This document shows, piece by piece, positions 60,211 to 64,000 of a stretch of 64,000 bases of DNA. Made by a program: the position numbers and the translations under genes. Positions within the stretch are counted from its first letter, which is position 1, and each line of letters begins with the position of its first letter. Under the pieces are notes generated by a model. The model did not search any database. It was not told the DNA's origin and was given only the letters and a program-made list of their open reading frames with translations. The stretch spans positions 2,728,001 through 2,792,000 of the forward strand of contig NC_086097.1 of the NCBI RefSeq assembly GCF_963921235.1, in the 5' to 3' direction. The stretch comes from Mobula hypostoma. Lineage: Eukaryota.

Positions 60211-62200
60211 CTATGTTGGGCACATAGTCTCACGGGATGGAGTAGCTATTGATCCATCCAAGATAGAGGTGGTGATCACATGGTCAAGGCCTTACACTCG
60301 TTCCTTGGATTCTGTGGGTACTAGCAGAGGTTTGTGAAGGATTTCTCTAATGAGTCACCCTTTGAATCAGCTTCTCCGTGGTTACCCACCCTTGGGGAAG
60401 AAAGGGAGGAGGACAAAAGGAGAAGGAGGTAAATCTTATCTTAGCCCTTTTGAGCCTTTCGGGGAAAGATGGAATGCAAAATGTGAAGAGACCTTTCAGC
60501 TGCTTTCTAAAGCAGCTGTGTTGGCCTTTGCAAACCCCCAGTTTCTACTGCATGCCGATGCTAGCCATGACGATACAGGGGGTGTTCTATATCAGGGACA
60601 TGGCAAAGGCTTTAGACCTGTTACTTTCATCAGCTGGAGTCCGTCACCCTCCGAGCAAACTTTCTCCATGCGCAAATTGGAGTTTCTGGCATTGAAATGG
60701 GCTGTGGCGGGTAAGTTTAGTGACTATCTGGTGTCAAGTTCAAGGTGAGGACTGACAACAATCCACTGACTTATATCTTGACCTTCTCGAATTTGGATGC
60801 CGCAGGTCAGTGTTGGCTGGTGATGATTGCAGCTTGAATTATCTGCCGGGGAGCCAGAACATTGATGTGGATGTGCTGTCCTGACATTCGCATGAGGTGC
60901 TGGAAATGGACGGAGAATGGCGGAGTGCTGCTGCCTCTGGTGTTAAAGCAATGTGCCAGCTTTCCACCATGGCTGTGGAAGATAGAGCTGTGGATTATCT
61001 GGGAGCTTCTGGTTGCACCATTCCACAAGCTTAATGCAACTTGACATCTCTGGATGTGAAGCAGTTACCTGCCTTGAGTCCTGCGGAACTGGCAGCAGCA
61101 CAACGAGCCAATGTTTGTATAGGTGCCATTTGGTCATCTGTTGCAAAGGGGGATATGGCCGAGTTGAAAAGATGAAACACCCTACCATACCCCTACTGAT
61201 GAGAGAATGTAGCAGACTGGAGTTGAGGAACCAGGTTCTGTACAAGGTCACATCTCCTTCAGACAGGCCTCAGCATTCCCAGTTGGTTTTGTCTGAGAAA
61301 CATCAGAGGATTGTGTTGAAGTCACTTCATGATGATTCAGGTCACTTGGGGTTTGACAAGACCTATGGATTGGTCTGAGATTGGTTCTACTGGTTCTTCC
61401 AGGGTGATCCCCAGTCTAAAAGATTCAACTGGACACTGTTAGACATGCTTTGAACCCTGGAGATCAGCAAGAAGAGCAAATGGAGTCAGCATATTGGGCA
61501 TTTGGCACACTGCTACAACTGTACACCGAATGAAGCTACCGGATACCCGCTATACTATTTGATGTTCGGGTATGGAGTGAGATTGCCTGTAGATCTCTGT
61601 ATTGGGACTGGCGGTGAAGGCTTCCCACAGAAGACCTATCTTAAGTATGTGTCTGACATGTGGAAAGAAATGGAGAAGACTTATGAGCAAGCAGCGGCGT
61701 CTGCTGCCAAGCAAAGTCAATGAAACCAGAGGAAATATGATCGAAAGATTAGGTTCTCTCAACTGATGCCTGGAGAGAGAGTTTTAATAAGGAATTTGGG
61801 GCCACCAGGGAAGCATAAGTTGTCTGACCACAGGATGTCTATGCCTTATGTCGTGGACAGCCAGATGCCGAATATGCCAGTTTTCTGGCTGAAGCCAGAA
61901 GATGGGAATGGCCCCGTCAAAATTCTCCATCAGAATCACCTGCTACCCCGAGGGCATGAGGTACATGTTGACTCAGAACCTGACATGGAACATACACTTT
62001 TTAGGAGAACTCTGCATAGAAGAACAAGAACAAGAAAGGCAATCAGGGCCCCAACACTGAATGCTGTGTGGACTCAGAGGATGAGGAAACAGGGATGTGA
62101 TATACATTACCCTCTGCAAACTCCCCAAGCATTGATGAAGAGATTCCTGACTCTCCGGATCCGGACTCAGATGTAAAGGGGCATAGGGAGGGGTGGGGGG
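60211..62200 (+). pseudogene. Gypsy RT C-terminus, RNase H and partially deleted integrase
   Basis: YVGHIVS, FLLHADAS...GGVLYQ...KLEFLALKWAV, LHDDSGHLG, YNCTPNEATGY...LMFG and PGERVLIRN. Confidence 0.85.
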
Positions 62201-62594
62201 GGGACTAACAGTGGACAGGCAGACGTGACACTAGACAGTGAAGGGAAACTGGGCTCTAATGTAATTTGGGAATGAAGCTGGGCTCAGTCAGGTGACAGGG
62301 GGACCTGAGTTGCTGGAGGACATGAGTAATGGGCAGTGGGGGCATTCCCAAGTGGACAGGAAAGGTCTCGAGGAGTGTCTGAGGCTGAAGATGAGATAGA
62401 AAATGTCTCAGAGTCAGGAACCCCCAGATTGGCTGGCATCTGACAAACCAGGGAAACAAAGTGTTGTGTCTATCCCCATCGTGAGATATGTTACTAACAT
62501 TCACAAATGGGTTCGGGGTCCTGAAATCACAAAGTTAATTTGAATACTGTGTTATTACTAATGATTTGATACATTTCAAAGTAATGAATATTTG

Positions 62595-62608
62595 TGGTTG
62601 GGGGAGAA
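62595..62608 (+). promoter_or_regulatory. Polypurine tract
   Basis: TGGTTGGGGGAGAA lies immediately before the TG of the 3' LTR. Confidence 0.75.
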
Positions 62609-63411
62609 TGTAATGCCCTGGTTAAGATTTCTAATGCTAATGTGGTAGGGTATTTCAATTAGTAGCTTTTTGTTAAAACAGTGTGTCCTGCTGGTAGAAT
62701 GTTCTGGCTTCGGCTAAAGATTAGGGGCTATGGTGTTGAATTTAGGAATGTTGTGTCAGCCAATCAGGATGGAGGAATTGGGGGAAGGTTCTAGAGAAAG
62801 CTGGGCGGAGAAAGATTTGTGATGGACACTGGGTGGGTTTGTGGCTTTTTGGCGAGAAATACAGAGAGGAGAAGATCGGGAGAGACGGCCATAGGATTCG
62901 ATCCGATGGGAAGATGCAATTACAAGAGGTGCTTCATGAGACAAAAGAGTCCAAGATGGGAAGTTCTACCGGTGATTGGTGATGAAAATTCAGTGCCATA
63001 AGTAACAGTCATATCCAGCTTCTGGACAATACGAACTCCAATGATGTGCACATTTAGACTGGTTTAATTGTAATGGGCCCTTTTATGTTTCCCGTCTTAA
63101 TAACTGCTTGATAAAGCTGATATTAGTAAATATGTTTCCTTTATAATTGTAAGCAGCGTACGATCTGTTATTTCTTGCCAATGGATAATTGTGTATGGAT
63201 GGCATTTACGCAGCATTTGTTCAATTTGGGCTTCTGTTCATCAAAACATCCCAACTTTCCTTTTTGGTTGAATCCAAACCCTACAGGCCCCAGATGTACT
63301 TTGCTTGGGAAAGGTGGCCTGCTCGCACTGAGTCTGGTGGCTGTTAGCAGAGCTGGCTAATGAGCCAAGTTTGCATGTGAGCTCGGTGGAGGTGGGCGTG
63401 GGGTGGGTACA
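62609..63411 (+). repeat. 3' LTR
   Basis: TGTAA...TACA; direct repeat of 46227-47039. Confidence 0.9.
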
Positions 63412-64000
63412 CATATATCACACACAGCACATAAAACTAAATATTACCGCAACACATAAACCACACAGTAACTGAAATGCTCTTGCGCACACAGCCAGAA
63501 TTTGCTTTAATGTGTCATGCAGTTTTCAGGCTGTGTAAAAGTTTCCTGCTCAGAACAAGGGTTGGTCTGTGAAAAAAATGAGAGAGAACGTTGCTCTAAG
63601 GTGCAATGTCCAGGCATTGTTGTGTTCTTGTGTGTTAAAGATGAGATTGCTATGAGAAAGCCTGGGGGAATTGGATTACATTCAAATTCAAATAATTTAA
63701 AATGCATGAGGTGTGCAGCACATGCAAACTGTAAGCAGCTCACTGTCCTGGTGATGAGGCCTGAGTGGTGGCAGGGTATTCATTCGTCTCACAGCCTGAG
63801 GGAAGAAGCCATTACCCAGTCTGGCAATGTGAGTCCTGATGCTCCTGTACTTCCTCCCTGACAGTCGTGGATCAGAGATTGTGGGTAGTAAGGATCCTCA
63901 ACAACACTACAGGCCCTTTGTATACAATGCTCCCAGCAAATAACAAAGTAGGGGAGAGGGAAACCCTGGTGATCCTCTCAACGGTTTTTACCATCCTCTA
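63412..64000 (-). mobile_element. Old LINE 3' region (Rex1/L2-like) that was the Gypsy target; its other part is ~46135-46226
   Basis: The flanks join across the CATA TSD. GGGAAGAAGC...CTGTACTTCCTCCCTGA resembles other minus-strand LINE tails in the window. Confidence 0.5.

Larger units (their letters stand above)
46227..63411 (+). mobile_element. Complete decayed Ty3/Gypsy LTR retrotransposon with PNMA-like Gag and ~10 kb of nested insertions
   Basis: Paired LTRs, 4-bp TSD CATA (46223-46226 and 63412-63415), PBS, gag-pro-RT-RNaseH-integrase order and PPT. Confidence 0.9.

Overview
Eukaryotic, very repeat-dense DNA. The repeat repertoire suggests a cartilaginous fish, probably a ray or skate (inference from family content only). 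It includes CR1/HER1-like LINEs with (CATAGAA)n-type tails, tRNA-derived SINEs, Rex1/Babar, Penelope/Neptune, Tc1, mariner, hAT, Nimb/I, Hero, RTE and Gypsy elements. Nearly every listed ORF is a transposable-element remnant or its antisense shadow, and no host protein-coding gene is confidently identifiable. A CpG island at ~19.9-20.6 kb looks like a real promoter, with a candidate minus-strand first exon. The most striking structure is a Penelope-like (RT + GIY-YIG) family whose 3' end carries a minimal type I hammerhead ribozyme. At least seven insertions of it are fold-backs with an element 3' end at BOTH sides, flanked by 11-14 bp target-site duplications (TSDs); an eighth is single-armed. 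One 3.4-kb fold-back has ~390 bp of unrelated DNA trapped between its arms. A complete but decayed 17.2-kb Gypsy provirus (46227-63411) has PNMA-like Gag, a tRNA-Pro PBS, a PPT and a CATA TSD, and is swollen by several layers of nested insertions. Boundaries of old repeats are approximate.
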